DNA of 64,000 nt from Promethearchaeati archaeon (GCA_013166775.1 JABLTJ010000001.1:160001-224000), one strand, 5' to 3'. Shown: positions 48,465 through 59,939, numbered from the stretch's first letter. Notes: generated by a model from the sequence alone, not told the origin. Numbers and translations: made by a program.

Positions 48465-48632
48465 TTGAAACTCTCTATAAAATTGAAAGTGTTAAATATA
48501 TTAAGAATTGTTCTCTAATTTTTTGAAGTATTCATTAAAGTATGTGATTTTATGTTCAACCAATTTGTTTTTATTTAAATTGTTAAGAAGTTGGATTATA
48601 TTATATCTGGATTACTCTAAAAACAAAATGCA

Positions 48633-50450
48633 GTGATTAGAATGTCTAAAATAATTGATGAAAAGGAAGGAAAAAGAATCAGAAGTCCAATAGGAGTAAT
48701 CCTAGGACATGTGGATTCTGGAAAAACAAGTTTACTTGATAAGGTAAGAGGTACAGCGGTTCAAGCGAGAGAAGCAGCTGGTATTACTCAACATGTTGGG
48801 GCATCGTTTTTCCCTTCTGAAACAATTCTAAATGTTTGTGGAGCATTGATGGAAGCAACTAAAGTACAATTGAATATTCCGGGAATATTGATTGTAGATA
48901 CACCAGGGCACGCAGCTTTTATGAATTTAAGAAAAAGAGGAGCTTCAGTTGCAGATATAGCTATACTGGTTGTAGATGTTACTCGCGGTTTCCAAGCTCA
49001 AACCTATGAATCTTTAGATATTTTAAGAGCTAGAAAAACACCATTCATAATTGCAGCAAATAAAATTGACAGAATCTCTGCATGGAAATCAATTCCAAAT
49101 GCAACATTTCAGGAAACCTATAGTAAACAGAATGAAAAAGCAAGTGCAGACATGGATAACAGAATATATGAGATCATGGGAGAACTATCTGAGCTAAGAA
49201 TGGAGGGAGAAAGATATGATAGAGTAAAGGATTTTAGAAAATCAATTGCTATTGTACCAACTAGCGCACAAACTGGTGAAGGCATACCTGATTTGTTTTT
49301 AGTTCTTTCCGGTTTAACTCAACAATTTATGATGGATAAGTTGGAATACAGTGAAGGACCGGGAATAGGTACTGTTCTTGAGGTGAAGGAAGAGGAAGGT
49401 TTGGGAACAACTATAGACGTTATTCTATACGAGGGAGTAATGAAGAAAAATGATAAAATAGTGGTTGGAGGAAGGGAAAAACCAGCTCTTCTCAAAATTA
49501 GAGCTCTTCTAGAGCCAAAGGATCTCGATGAAATGAGAGATCCAAGAGATAAATTCAAAGGTGTTGATTCAGTTTTTGCATCAGCTGGTGTAAAAATATC
49601 TGCTCCTGGTTTAGAGGATGCACTAGCTGGTGCTCCTATACGAGTTGCTCCACCTGGAGAAGAAGATGATGTTTATAAGGCTGTTGAGAGCGAGCTTGAG
49701 AGTTTCAGAATCGAAACAAAAACAAATGGATTAATTCTTAAAGTGGATACTCTTGGAAGTCTTGAAGCAATTGTTGATATGATAAAAGAAAAAAACATCC
49801 CAATCCAGAAAGCTGATGTTGGAGAAGTTAACAAGAAAGATGTTATTGATGCTGCAATAGTAGCAGATAAAACACCAGAATATGCAGCAATTTTATGCTT
49901 CAATGTGAATGTTCATTCTGATGCTCAAGAAGAAATCGAAGTGAACGATATCAAAGTTTTCAGTAATAATGTTATTTACAATCTAATAGATGATTTTGAG
50001 AGATGGATGATAGACACTAGAGAAGCAATAAAAACTGATTCACTGAAAGATTTACAGATGCCAGCAAAGATTGAATTACTTCCTGATCATACTTTTCGAT
50101 CAAGTAAACCTGCAATTGTTGGTGTTGAAGTGTTAGGAGGGAAAATTCACCCTCAACAAATGTTGATAAGACAAGATAACAAGAGAGTGGGAAGAATACG
50201 TCAAATTCAAGAGAGACAAGAATCAGTTCAAGAAGCTACTAAAGGTAAACAAGTTGCAATATCAATCAGGGGTCCAACAGTTGGTAGACAAATAAAAGAA
50301 GGAGATGTTCTCTATGTTGATATTCCTGAAAGGCATGCAGTTTTACTGATGAAGAAATATAGAGATATGATAACTAATGATGATGCAAAGATTTTGGAAG
50401 AACTTGCAGTAATTAAAAGAGAAAACGTCAGTAAGTATTGGGGATGGTAA
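48633..50450 (+). CDS. infB: Translation initiation factor aIF5B/IF-2
   Basis: GHVDSGKT, AAGITQHVGA, DTPGH, ANKID, DTLGSLEA. Confidence 0.97.
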   Translation: MIRMSKIIDEKEGKRIRSPIGVILGHVDSGKTSLLDKVRGTAVQAREAAGITQHVGASFFPSETILNVCGALMEATKVQLNIPGILIVDTPGHAAFMNLRKRGASVADIAILVVDVTRGFQAQTYESLDILRARKTPFIIAANKIDRISAWKSIPNATFQETYSKQNEKASADMDNRIYEIMGELSELRMEGERYDRVKDFRKSIAIVPTSAQTGEGIPDLFLVLSGLTQQFMMDKLEYSEGPGIGTVLEVKEEEGLGTTIDVILYEGVMKKNDKIVVGGREKPALLKIRALLEPKDLDEMRDPRDKFKGVDSVFASAGVKISAPGLEDALAGAPIRVAPPGEEDDVYKAVESELESFRIETKTNGLILKVDTLGSLEAIVDMIKEKNIPIQKADVGEVNKKDVIDAAIVADKTPEYAAILCFNVNVHSDAQEEIEVNDIKVFSNNVIYNLIDDFERWMIDTREAIKTDSLKDLQMPAKIELLPDHTFRSSKPAIVGVEVLGGKIHPQQMLIRQDNKRVGRIRQIQERQESVQEATKGKQVAISIRGPTVGRQIKEGDVLYVDIPERHAVLLMKKYRDMITNDDAKILEELAVIKRENVSKYWGW

Positions 50451-50498
50451 TCCGTCTAAAGCGCGGTAAGTTTAAATATTCTTTTACATTCTTTTTAT

Positions 50499-50560
50499 TA
50501 ACTGAGTACTAGTTTTTCAACCTTTACTCAGTTAGTTCCTGAGGTCCACTTGGGAAGGGA
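50499..50560 (+). ncRNA. Candidate two-hairpin small RNA or terminator structure between infB and tiaS
   Basis: TAACTGAGTA/TACTCAGTTA and TTCCTGAG/CTTGGGAA; TTTAAATA at 50471. Confidence 0.35.
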
Positions 50561-50566
50561 TTATTT

Positions 50567-51922
50567 TTACTTACTAGCGTACTTTTTCCACCAGTTATTT
50601 ACAAAATGAAAAGTGTTTTTTGAAGGCAATTTATACCTGATTAATGGTTTAACTAGATGTCTTTGTGCTTGAGCAGGTGGAATGTATAAACCTAGTTGGA
50701 TTTCTCGCACAATAGGAATTTTTAACTTGGAAATATGACGATTTTTCTGTCCACATTTTCTACATTTATATCCCTTCTCTTTTCCATCACTAGTCATTCG
50801 TTTTCCACATTCTGGGCAGAAAGGGGATTCTTCCTTAAATTGATCTGCAATGGAAATGATTTCACATTTTTCCAATTGAATTGTAAAAGACTGAAATTCT
50901 CTTTTATATCTTACACTACCATAGGCTAGAATTTTATCTCCAACCATTAATTTTTCAATTATTCTTCGAAAGCTCTTACTTGGCTCGAAAGCTGCTACGT
51001 CAACAATTTTGCTTGATTCTGTAACCGTACCTTTGAAAATTATATGACCTCCAACGAGAGCTCGAGGGGGATTGATAACCTCGATTTCACCCTTGAATGT
51101 ATTAAAGTTGCGAATTGCTGAAGTTGAATATTTAAAGTGTTGGTCAGTACCTTGATTCGTTCTAAAAATACAATAAGCTTCCATTGGTTCTTTTATTTGT
51201 ACTATCTCTAAAGCTTTCAACAGAACTTCTGCTTTTTCTCCTCTTATACCATAAAGCACTGGATCAAGTCCTGTGGGACATATAATCGCTTTTCCCGTTT
51301 CTTCATCAATGTTATTAAAAACAAGTGGTGATAGCTCACTATCCATTTTTTTTATGGATTCGAAATCTACTTTTCTTTTTGTACCAATAGAATGTGAAAT
51401 CCGATATGTCAAAAGCTCGAATGTAAAATCCTCTTCCTGTGGACTAAGAGTGTTTCCAATTGCTGCTAATGCACCAATTATCCCTCTACCGTTTCCAATT
51501 AAATGATATTCTAAACACAATTTCTTAGCTACTATCTTTGCATCATTAATTGAAATGACATCTGTAAGTGCTCTCTGAGCAAATTCTTTGAGTTCCAAAG
51601 GTATACTCCCTTTAATAACAGCAATACCTGGGTTTGTATTTGGATCCTTTTGGTAAAGTTCTTCAATTGTCTCAATAGACATAGAAATGATTTCTTTCAA
51701 ATCTTCTTCTTTAACCCCCAATGTCAAAGCAATGGCACCATTACCTCTTGTTCGCCATGGAACATTGGGATTATTACGAATTAATCTTGGATAATCTAGA
51801 AAATCTACTCTGTTGTATATTTTTTCTATAATCTTAGTTGCCAAATGTGTGGTACAATTTCCTTTAAGAGAATCTGTATCATCAAAACCAATGTGCAACG
51901 TAGTTTGTGAACTAGACGTCAA
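50567..51922 (-). CDS. tiaS: tRNA(Ile2) agmatinylcytidine synthase
   Basis: IGFDDTDS..G.CTT, TRGNGA, GRGIIGALAAIG, DPVLYGIRG, TNQGTD.H, C-terminal zinc ribbon, RHL.KP. Confidence 0.96.
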   Translation of the reverse strand: MTSSSQTTLHIGFDDTDSLKGNCTTHLATKIIEKIYNRVDFLDYPRLIRNNPNVPWRTRGNGAIALTLGVKEEDLKEIISMSIETIEELYQKDPNTNPGIAVIKGSIPLELKEFAQRALTDVISINDAKIVAKKLCLEYHLIGNGRGIIGALAAIGNTLSPQEEDFTFELLTYRISHSIGTKRKVDFESIKKMDSELSPLVFNNIDEETGKAIICPTGLDPVLYGIRGEKAEVLLKALEIVQIKEPMEAYCIFRTNQGTDQHFKYSTSAIRNFNTFKGEIEVINPPRALVGGHIIFKGTVTESSKIVDVAAFEPSKSFRRIIEKLMVGDKILAYGSVRYKREFQSFTIQLEKCEIISIADQFKEESPFCPECGKRMTSDGKEKGYKCRKCGQKNRHISKLKIPIVREIQLGLYIPPAQAQRHLVKPLIRYKLPSKNTFHFVNNWWKKYASK

Positions 51923-51961
51923 GATTTCTCAATTCAAAATAAAAAGAGGAAATATAAAAAA

Positions 51962-52726
51962 TTATATAGAGTACCAAATCTCACCGGATCTGTCTTTTGA
52001 GATATTTATGCATCCTATTTGTTTCGCTAGATTCTCTATTCTATCTTTTAGGTCTCCTCTCCAAATTCGCATTATCTCTGCTAACTCGGAAAGAGATACG
52101 CGATTTTTTGGTTTGGTGATAATTACTTTGAAGATATTTCTGAATATTTCTCTGTCATGGTAATCAAAGAGGATTTTTTCAATAATTTTGTTAAATCTAT
52201 AGTATGCTTCATTGATTTCTTCAGCATACTTATTGCGTTTCTGATCTAATTCTTTAATCTCTTGGGCTTTGTTTTTAATAAAAACTTGAATGTCTTTTGT
52301 TTCCTTTTTAAGCTCATCTATCAGTTTATTTCTATGTGCTTCTTGTTCTGATGCCTTAACTGGTTTTGTTTTTATTTCTTCTTCTATAATTTCTCCTGTG
52401 GGTAGATATTTAACATTGAATGTGCTTTGACCTACATCTATTATTAGTGAAAATGCTTTGTTGAGACTTGCATATCTTCTATCTGGACCTTTGCTACTTT
52501 TCTCTTCTCTAATGGAGATCAACCCTAATTTCTCCAAGTCCTCAAGATACTTACCAATAATACGCGGTGATACATTCATCATTCGAGATAATTGAAATGG
52601 ATATAGATCTTCCTCTCCAAGAAGTTCAAGGAGCTTTCTTCTTGTTGAGCTAGATAAAAACTCTAATAATTCAAAAACATCCATTTCTTCTTTATCATCT
52701 GTTCTGCCCATCATTTTTCTCACCAT
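51962..52726 (-). CDS. ArsR-type wHTH + coiled-coil regulator (Phr/HSR1-like heat-shock regulator candidate)
   Basis: LSSSTRRKLLELL, GP.RRY; co-oriented directly downstream of hsp20-cdc48. Confidence 0.8.
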   Translation of the reverse strand: MVRKMMGRTDDKEEMDVFELLEFLSSSTRRKLLELLGEEDLYPFQLSRMMNVSPRIIGKYLEDLEKLGLISIREEKSSKGPDRRYASLNKAFSLIIDVGQSTFNVKYLPTGEIIEEEIKTKPVKASEQEAHRNKLIDELKKETKDIQVFIKNKAQEIKELDQKRNKYAEEINEAYYRFNKIIEKILFDYHDREIFRNIFKVIITKPKNRVSLSELAEIMRIWRGDLKDRIENLAKQIGCINISKDRSGEIWYSI

Positions 52727-52745
52727 TAATACAAAAATTTAGGGT

Positions 52746-54974
52746 TTAAACAAACCCTGTCTCGTCTTTTGAAATCTCTTTTCTTGCTTCTTTCACCATT
52801 GCATTGGCTCTCTCATCTGTAGGTTTAATTTGTTCCAGTGCTTCTAGAAGAATTTCTTGAGTTATTTTACATTCGCATTTTTCTTCATCGAATTCTCCAC
52901 TCTCTAATTCTTCCTCATGTTCTGCAACATAATTTTTTATTGCGATAAGCTTTCCTTCACTACAAATTGCTGCAATGTCTGCCCCTGAAAATCCTTCAGT
53001 TTCACGTGCAAGGTCTTCTAAATTAACATTATCAGATTTAGGCGCATCCTTTAAGTGTATCTTAAATATTTCCTTCCTTCCTTCAAAGTTTGGTGTTATC
53101 ACTTTTACTAAACGATCGAATCTTCCTGGTCTCAACAATGCAGGATCTACCATATCTGGTCTATTTGTTGCAGCTATTACAACTACATTCCTTAATTCTT
53201 CAAGGCCATCTAACTCAGTTAGTAATTGACTGATTACTCTTTCAGTAACACCAGAATCAGAGCTTCTCCCTCTTATTGGGGTAATTGAATCTATTTCATC
53301 TAAGAATATAACACAGGGAGCAGCTTGCCGAGCTTTACGAAAGATTTCTCTTATAGCTTTTTCACTTTCTCCAACCCATTTAGAAAGTACTTCTGGACCT
53401 TTTATAGAAATGAAATTTGATTCAGATTCATGAGCAACTGCTTTGGCTATGAGTGTTTTACCTGTCCCGGGTGAACCATACAGTAGAATTCCTTTTGGCG
53501 CATCTGCTTTCATGGCTTTGTAAAGTCCTTTGTACTTCAATGGCCACTCAACTGCTTGACGCATCTCTTTCTTAACTTCGCTTAATCCTCCTATATCATC
53601 CCATGTTACATTAGGATCCTCAACAAAAACTTCTCTAAGCGCTGAAGGTTCCACTGTTTTTAGTGCATTCAGAAAATCTTCGTTTCTTACATCTATCTTC
53701 TGCAAAACATCTAGAGGGACTTCTTCATCTTCTAAATTAATCTCTGGTAAAACTCTTCGTAATGATTGCATGGCTGATTCTTTAACTAAAGCTGAGGTAT
53801 CAGCTCCTACAAAGCCATGTGTTAAATCTGCTAATCGTCCTAAATCTACATCTTTATCGATAGGCATTCCACGAGTGTGAATTAGTAGAATTTCATAACG
53901 TCCATCTCGATCAGGTATCCCTATTTCTATTTCTCTATCGAATCTTCCTGGTCTTCGCAATGCTGGATCTATGGCGTTTGGTCTATTAGTAGCTCCGATA
54001 ACAATTACTTGACCTCGAGATTCTAACCCGTCCATTAACGCAAGTAATTGAGCTACTACCCTTCTTTCAACCTCACCTGTTACTTCCTCCCTTTTAGGTG
54101 CAATAGCATCCAATTCATCTATGAATAAAATACTAGGTGCATTATCAGAAGCTTCCTTAAACAAATCTCTGAGTTTTTGTTCAGATTCGCCATAAAATTT
54201 GGACATTATTTCAGGTCCTGATAGTACATAGAAACTAGCTTCAGTTTCATTAGCAACTGCTCTAGCTAGGAGGGTCTTTCCAGTCCCTGGAGCTCCATGG
54301 AGCAGTACTCCTTTAGGAGGTTCAATTCCTAATCTCTTAAACAATTCAGGATGACGTAGAGGTAATTCTATCATCTCTCGAATACGCGAAATTTCTTCTG
54401 ATAAACCCCCAATATCTTCATAGGAAATTCTCTTCACATCTGCTGCTTTGACATCGTCCCAAGGTTTGTCACTGATTTGGACATTTGTTTCTGAAGTCAT
54501 AATTACTGCATCTGCTGCTGGAGTTATCGCTGCTACACCAAGATAGATTCTTCGTGACATTCCCAAACCGATTGGAATAATATCCCCAGCTGTTAGAACT
54601 CTGTCTTCTAGAGTTTGTTTCAACCAGGAATCAATCCCCTTAACTTGTACCTTTTCAGTTGGAGCAAAAACAATTTTCAGTGCTTTTTTAGCTGAAGATT
54701 TTTCTATTGCTGCTCGATCATCAATTCCTATTTCAGCATTCATTCTAACCATTCGATCAAGACGAACTATGCTCTTACCAAAATCTTCTGGAGTTCCTCT
54801 CCAAGCTCTTGCATAGGTTTTCTTCCCGCCTTCAATACTAACAATATCTCCAGTACCTATACCTAATTCATCAGCAACATCCTGTGATATCCTAATAATA
54901 CCCCTTCCAACATCTCTTTGAAGGGCTTCTTTGACTCTTAAAAACTTCTTATTTTCTTCTTCTTTTTCAGACAT
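52746..54974 (-). CDS. cdc48: CDC48/VCP AAA+ ATPase
   Basis: DVGRG N-domain; two AAA modules ([40 protein letters not shown]). Confidence 0.97.
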   Translation of the reverse strand: MSEKEEENKKFLRVKEALQRDVGRGIIRISQDVADELGIGTGDIVSIEGGKKTYARAWRGTPEDFGKSIVRLDRMVRMNAEIGIDDRAAIEKSSAKKALKIVFAPTEKVQVKGIDSWLKQTLEDRVLTAGDIIPIGLGMSRRIYLGVAAITPAADAVIMTSETNVQISDKPWDDVKAADVKRISYEDIGGLSEEISRIREMIELPLRHPELFKRLGIEPPKGVLLHGAPGTGKTLLARAVANETEASFYVLSGPEIMSKFYGESEQKLRDLFKEASDNAPSILFIDELDAIAPKREEVTGEVERRVVAQLLALMDGLESRGQVIVIGATNRPNAIDPALRRPGRFDREIEIGIPDRDGRYEILLIHTRGMPIDKDVDLGRLADLTHGFVGADTSALVKESAMQSLRRVLPEINLEDEEVPLDVLQKIDVRNEDFLNALKTVEPSALREVFVEDPNVTWDDIGGLSEVKKEMRQAVEWPLKYKGLYKAMKADAPKGILLYGSPGTGKTLIAKAVAHESESNFISIKGPEVLSKWVGESEKAIREIFRKARQAAPCVIFLDEIDSITPIRGRSSDSGVTERVISQLLTELDGLEELRNVVVIAATNRPDMVDPALLRPGRFDRLVKVITPNFEGRKEIFKIHLKDAPKSDNVNLEDLARETEGFSGADIAAICSEGKLIAIKNYVAEHEEELESGEFDEEKCECKITQEILLEALEQIKPTDERANAMVKEARKEISKDETGFV

Positions 54975-54996
54975 ATAAACACCTTGTTTTCAAAAA

Positions 54997-55662
54997 TTAG
55001 TTGATAGGGATGTCAGTTTCATCACCGTTTGCAGCATCAAGAAGTTTTAGTTTAACTTCAAGAATACCATGTTTCATTGTAGCAGAAATTTTCTCATCCC
55101 TATCAATTACTTGTTCAATGGGAATTCTGGTATTCACCTGTTTTTTCCCATTGTTGGCAGCAAGTAACAATCCGTTTTTTACCAGCTTCAGATTAACATG
55201 ATTTTTGGCAAAACCAGGTAATTCAACAATAAGATAAAGTTCATTTTTATCTTTATCAACTTGAAGATCATAAGCTACTTCATAAGATAAATTTTCATCT
55301 TTCACAGAACTAATTGCTTCTTCTTCTTTAGCAGATACAAGTTTAGGTTGTTCAAAACCACCAAATATTCTATCAAAAGATGGAAAGATTTCAGCGAAAC
55401 GTTCCAAAGTTTGAGAGAAAAAGTCATTATTCCAATCAAAGGATCTAGTGATATTGGTTAAACGATCTATGAAATCATTACCAAAATCTTCTGGTATTTC
55501 ACCTATTTCTCGATATTCTTCTTTTCCTTCAGAATCTCGTTTATAGTCGTAGCCATATTCTTTTTCTAAACCATTAATGTTAGAATAAAATCTTACACTT
55601 CTGAAAGCCTTATTTAATCCTTTAAGGTATTCATCTATGTCCTTCTTATCCTTCTTATTCAT
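54997..55662 (-). CDS. hsp20: Small heat-shock protein Hsp20
   Basis: VELPG, ATMKHGILEV alpha-crystallin motifs, C-terminal IPI. Confidence 0.9.
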   Translation of the reverse strand: MNKKDKKDIDEYLKGLNKAFRSVRFYSNINGLEKEYGYDYKRDSEGKEEYREIGEIPEDFGNDFIDRLTNITRSFDWNNDFFSQTLERFAEIFPSFDRIFGGFEQPKLVSAKEEEAISSVKDENLSYEVAYDLQVDKDKNELYLIVELPGFAKNHVNLKLVKNGLLLAANNGKKQVNTRIPIEQVIDRDEKISATMKHGILEVKLKLLDAANGDETDIPIN

Positions 55663-55696
55663 TTTTACTCACTGTAAATCGTTTTAAACAAATGCC

Positions 55697-55730
55697 CAAA
55701 ACTCAAACCAGTATTTACTTTTGGGTTTTG
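55697..55730. promoter_or_regulatory. Inverted repeat in the leader of the hsp20-cdc48 operon
   Basis: CAAAACTCAAA-N12-TTTGGGTTTTG, downstream of minus-strand TTAAATA (55767-55761). Confidence 0.5.
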
Positions 55731-55860
55731 AACCTTATGTATACTACTGTCGTTTATTGATATTTAAGTGTTTGTATTCATAAAATGAATGTGATTCCTA
55801 TTATAGATTTAAATTTCTTGCCTAAACTTCATTAAAAGAAGAATTAGAGATATTTGTTTA

Positions 55861-57954
55861 TTAAAGCTCAATGTTGCATCTGTCACAGAAGATTTTTATT
55901 GCATAAACTTCTTCATTGCATTTTTTACATATTGCTTTCCCACTATCAGACTTTTCTTCTTCATAAATATTCTTCAGCTTAACTATATCAATACCTGTGT
56001 CTTCGAATTGATAATCCAATAATTCAAGTCTGTCAAAATAATCCAACCATGCACTGATTGCTATGATTACTGCTCTTCTGACTTCAGGATTATTGTGTTC
56101 TAGATGTTCTTGTAGAACCCATATAACTTCGATACAATCATAGATATCAAAATTAGTTTGATTTTCTCTATACATCCTCTGTAGTATAGATGCAATATGT
56201 ATTTTAAGAAAATCATTTGACTTCTCAAATAAATCTAAGTAAGGTCTATAGAAACTATAACATTCAACCTCTTTGATTACTTCAAACAGTTCTTCTTGAA
56301 CGGTTTCATCATTTATTTCAATAGCGTCTAATATTGCTAAACATAAATCTTCTTGGAAAAAAAATTCTCCAATCCTGTAACACTTTTCGAATAATTTGTA
56401 AATCAAATTTCTAGCTGTATCATCTTTAAATTTCCCTTCTTTAAATAATTCTTTTATATATGATTGCAATGATTTTCGAAAATCAAATTTTCCTACTATT
56501 TCTAAGATTTTCCAAGCAATTTCATCAGATAGTCCCCATTCAAAAAGGAATAATAATTTGATTAAATCTGATGACTCTTTTACATTATATTTATCCTGTA
56601 TTTCGTATGAGAAGTAATCATTGAAAATTTCCATTATCGCATTTAATATCAATTCCTTCATTTTGATTTCTTCTTTCGAAGCACTCTCAATAAGAGGTTT
56701 TACTACTTCTGGATTACTAGTTTTGCTTAGGAATTTCACAGCCTTTTTTCTAATGTTCCCATCTTTACTTGATAAATCTTTTATGTAAGGTTCTAATATC
56801 TCTTTATCTCCTAGCTTCCCTAGAACTCTTTCTGCTTCTTTTTGTACATCAGAATTCTGATCCTTCAGCATTTCTCGAAGAATATTTTTAGAATCATAAG
56901 TATCCAGGAAACTCAGCAGTATTATCACATTTCTCCTTATTTCCCAGGATTCATCTTTTAACAATGAAAGAAAATAATCTATTGATGTTAGATTTTTATT
57001 CATCTTTTTAATAAGAGTTCTTACAATATGGAAATTTATCTCTCCATCTGCATCTACTATTCTATTAATAAGTGAATGAGTTGCTTTTGGTTCATCTAAT
57101 TCTCCTAAAGCCTTTACAGCATTTAAGTGTATAAAACTCATCTCTTCGTTTAATGCTTGAATAAAGATATTTAATGCCTTTTTAGTTTTTAATTCTCCTA
57201 AAATTTCTACAACATTACTTCTGACATGTGGATTTTTATCTTTATATGCATTTATTAATGCTTCAATAACTTTTGAATCACTGAAATTCCCTAGAGCAAG
57301 AACTGTAGCTTCTCTTACCTCATCACTAGTATCATCTAGCATTTCTATTAAGTATGGAATAGTTCTAGAATCACTTATTTTACCTATCGACTTAATTGTC
57401 CTTATCTTAATAGCTTCATCTTCATCTTTAAGTAGGTCAATTAGCTGGTCTATAGGCTCAGATATACCTATTGAGCCAAGTGCATCAATGACTTCAATTC
57501 TAGCTTTATCCTTATTATCATATAAATTATCCAATAGAATTGGAATTGAACGAGAATCTTGCAGCTCTCCGAGAGTCTTAATGATCCAAACTGACCTTGT
57601 AATCCCTCTATTCAATATCTCTATTAAAGATGGAACAACAGAGGAATCTCCAATTTTTCCTATTGTTTCAAGAATCTCTTCTTGAGTGAGTATTGTTTCA
57701 ATTTCGAGAAGTCTTAAAAGAAATGGTAAATACTTATTATTTCCAGATTTTCTTATATTCTTGATAATATAAGATTTATCATTGCTTTTTATTTGTCGAA
57801 AAGATTCTCCTAAAACTTCTAGAATTTCATCATTTGAATCAGTTTCAATCGCTTCATTTATCTCTTTCTCTAATTTTCTTAAATCTAGATTATACAGAAG
57901 ATCGTTTTTTTTCTTTTTAATTCTTTTAGAAATATCCTCCTCATTTCCTTCCAT
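55861..57954 (-). CDS. HEAT/PBS-lyase repeat protein with C-terminal zinc ribbon
   Basis: About ten L.D....VR..A...LG repeats; CKKC...FCDRC. Confidence 0.88.
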   Translation of the reverse strand: MEGNEEDISKRIKKKKNDLLYNLDLRKLEKEINEAIETDSNDEILEVLGESFRQIKSNDKSYIIKNIRKSGNNKYLPFLLRLLEIETILTQEEILETIGKIGDSSVVPSLIEILNRGITRSVWIIKTLGELQDSRSIPILLDNLYDNKDKARIEVIDALGSIGISEPIDQLIDLLKDEDEAIKIRTIKSIGKISDSRTIPYLIEMLDDTSDEVREATVLALGNFSDSKVIEALINAYKDKNPHVRSNVVEILGELKTKKALNIFIQALNEEMSFIHLNAVKALGELDEPKATHSLINRIVDADGEINFHIVRTLIKKMNKNLTSIDYFLSLLKDESWEIRRNVIILLSFLDTYDSKNILREMLKDQNSDVQKEAERVLGKLGDKEILEPYIKDLSSKDGNIRKKAVKFLSKTSNPEVVKPLIESASKEEIKMKELILNAIMEIFNDYFSYEIQDKYNVKESSDLIKLLFLFEWGLSDEIAWKILEIVGKFDFRKSLQSYIKELFKEGKFKDDTARNLIYKLFEKCYRIGEFFFQEDLCLAILDAIEINDETVQEELFEVIKEVECYSFYRPYLDLFEKSNDFLKIHIASILQRMYRENQTNFDIYDCIEVIWVLQEHLEHNNPEVRRAVIIAISAWLDYFDRLELLDYQFEDTGIDIVKLKNIYEEEKSDSGKAICKKCNEEVYAIKIFCDRCNIEL

Positions 57955-58343
57955 AGAATAGATATATTTTATTCATATAAAAATATCAAGTTCATTATTT
58001 GAATATACTGCAAATATTGAAATAACTTCAACCAAAAATGAGCCAAAAGTATTTTTTTCTGGAATGGGTGAATTCTTCTCAAACAGATATCTTTAACACT
58101 TTCAAGGACCCTAGATAATATTGAAGTTATATGTTAAAGCAGAAGACAATAAGAAGAGCAAGTTATTTCTTTAATGATGAATTAGATGAAAAGGATGTTC
58201 AAGCAATAACTAAGAAGCCTACAAGATCTATTTATGAACGTGTTGCTACAAAATCTCGGAAATGGATGAAGTACATCAAACTTCGCTTGAAGAACTCCTA
58301 ACCCATTTTTCCTGTTTTTCAGTAAATTCATAATTACAATTTA

Positions 58344-59132
58344 TTATTCATTCTTGATGTTTTGGTCTTTGTCTTTCAAAGGTTTATCAAAGATAGATGG
58401 CGCAATAACAAAAGAACAATTTTCTCTCCATTCACCGATTTTCTTTGAACTTATTATAAATGGTGCTGGTGTTATTTTGTTAGCATAGATTAGAGAATCT
58501 CCATGATTTCTTTCTAAAAAGTCTTGAACAATTCCATACAATTTTGGAGATAAATAATACTCAATCTCTGGATGATGAAGAACTGATATTATTTGATTTT
58601 TTTTATCTACTTTCTTGCTGCCTATTTTTCTTATAATTTTAAAATCAGTGACATTCAGCTGCTCGTAAGTGTCCAAAATTTCGTGTTCTTTATCTAAAGT
58701 CATAATCCCTAAAATCTTGTTTTCATCCATAATAATTTCAATTCCTTGAAAATCTGATACCTCTTTATCCATAATTATACCTGTTTCTTCCTCAAACTGT
58801 TCTGCAATATTTAAAATACTCATTTTTCCGCCTCTTAATATTTTTTCTAGTTCTTTCCATTTTTCGTCAATATCTTTGAGGTATTTGGAAATCTCTCTTC
58901 CTTTTTCTGTAAGTTTATACACTATACCTTCTTTAGTTATTATTGAATTCTTCAAAAGGAAATTAAGGTGATAGTTGAAATTTCCAGTACTATTTAATGG
59001 TAAAATATAGTCAGTGGAATCAAGTAAATCGGAATAAGCTGCTTTTTCAGCTTCATCCAATCTAGTAATAATAATATTTCTTGTAGGATTTGTTATTAAA
59101 GAGAAGATATCTTTTTTCCTCAAATCTATCAC
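58344..59132 (-). CDS. ArsR-like wHTH protein with uncharacterised C-terminal domain
   Basis: NPTRNIII, STGNFNYHL, Y.LTEKG. Confidence 0.8.
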   Translation of the reverse strand: MIDLRKKDIFSLITNPTRNIIITRLDEAEKAAYSDLLDSTDYILPLNSTGNFNYHLNFLLKNSIITKEGIVYKLTEKGREISKYLKDIDEKWKELEKILRGGKMSILNIAEQFEEETGIIMDKEVSDFQGIEIIMDENKILGIMTLDKEHEILDTYEQLNVTDFKIIRKIGSKKVDKKNQIISVLHHPEIEYYLSPKLYGIVQDFLERNHGDSLIYANKITPAPFIISSKKIGEWRENCSFVIAPSIFDKPLKDKDQNIKNE

Positions 59133-59169
59133 TATTTTATATTTTTCAGAATTTTATTTAGGGATTTTT

Positions 59170-59184
59170 GACTAAGAGTTAGTC
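59170..59184. promoter_or_regulatory. Palindrome in the divergent ArsR/tag intergenic region (candidate operator)
   Basis: GACTAA-GAG-TTAGTC. Confidence 0.35.
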
Positions 59185-59271
59185 TTCAAAGCAAAATTAT
59201 CAAGATATTTCATTATAAAATGTTGTGAAGAAAAAGAAATTCTTATTATGTCTTAAGAGACGAGTTTAGAT

Positions 59272-59850
59272 ATGGTAAAAATAATAAAAAGATGTTGGGG
59301 AGAGAAAGATGATTTAGCTAGAGCATATCATGATGAAGAATGGGGTGTTCCTGTTCATGATGATAAAACACTGTTTGAGTTTATAATATTAGAAGGTGCT
59401 CAAGCAGGTTTAAACTGGATGACGATTCTTAGAAGAAGAAAAGGGTATCATAGAGCTTTTGATGAATTCGATTTTAATAAAATAGCAAAGTATGATCAGA
59501 AAGATGTAGAAAGATTACTTCAAGATGAAGGTATTATACGAAATAAGTTGAAAGTAGCTGCAACTATTCAAAATGCTAAAGTATTTTTAGAAATAAGAGC
59601 GGAATTTGGTACTTTTGATAAATATATCTGGGATTTCGTAGACAATAAACCTATAAATAACAATCCTAAAACTTGGAAAGAAGTACATCCAACAACAGAA
59701 GTTTCGGATGCTATTTCAAAGGATTTAAAGAAACGAGGGATGAAATTTGTGGGAAGCACGATTATCTATGCTTTCATGCAAGCTGTTGGCATGGTAAATG
59801 ATCACCTTATAGAATGTTTCAGACATAAGGAAATTGTCTCATCGTATTAA
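59272..59850 (+). CDS. tag: DNA-3-methyladenine glycosylase I
   Basis: RCW, YHDEEWG.P, LEGAQAGLNW, IIRNKLK, QAVGMVNDH..EC. Confidence 0.96.
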   Translation: MVKIIKRCWGEKDDLARAYHDEEWGVPVHDDKTLFEFIILEGAQAGLNWMTILRRRKGYHRAFDEFDFNKIAKYDQKDVERLLQDEGIIRNKLKVAATIQNAKVFLEIRAEFGTFDKYIWDFVDNKPINNNPKTWKEVHPTTEVSDAISKDLKKRGMKFVGSTIIYAFMQAVGMVNDHLIECFRHKEIVSSY

Positions 59851-59939
59851 GATTAATACCTTGTTTCAATGTAAGATTTATGAACTAGTGGAATCAGCAA
59901 AATTACTAAATTCAATAAAATAAAACATAGGTAGTAACA

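Noticed and set aside
58131-58301. 56-aa basic ORF MLKQKTIRR...LKNS
   Set aside because: No recognisable family or RBS; possibly decayed sequence.
853-59759. Remaining short ORF-track entries nested within or antisense to assigned genes
   Set aside because: They overlap well-supported genes and lack independent motifs.
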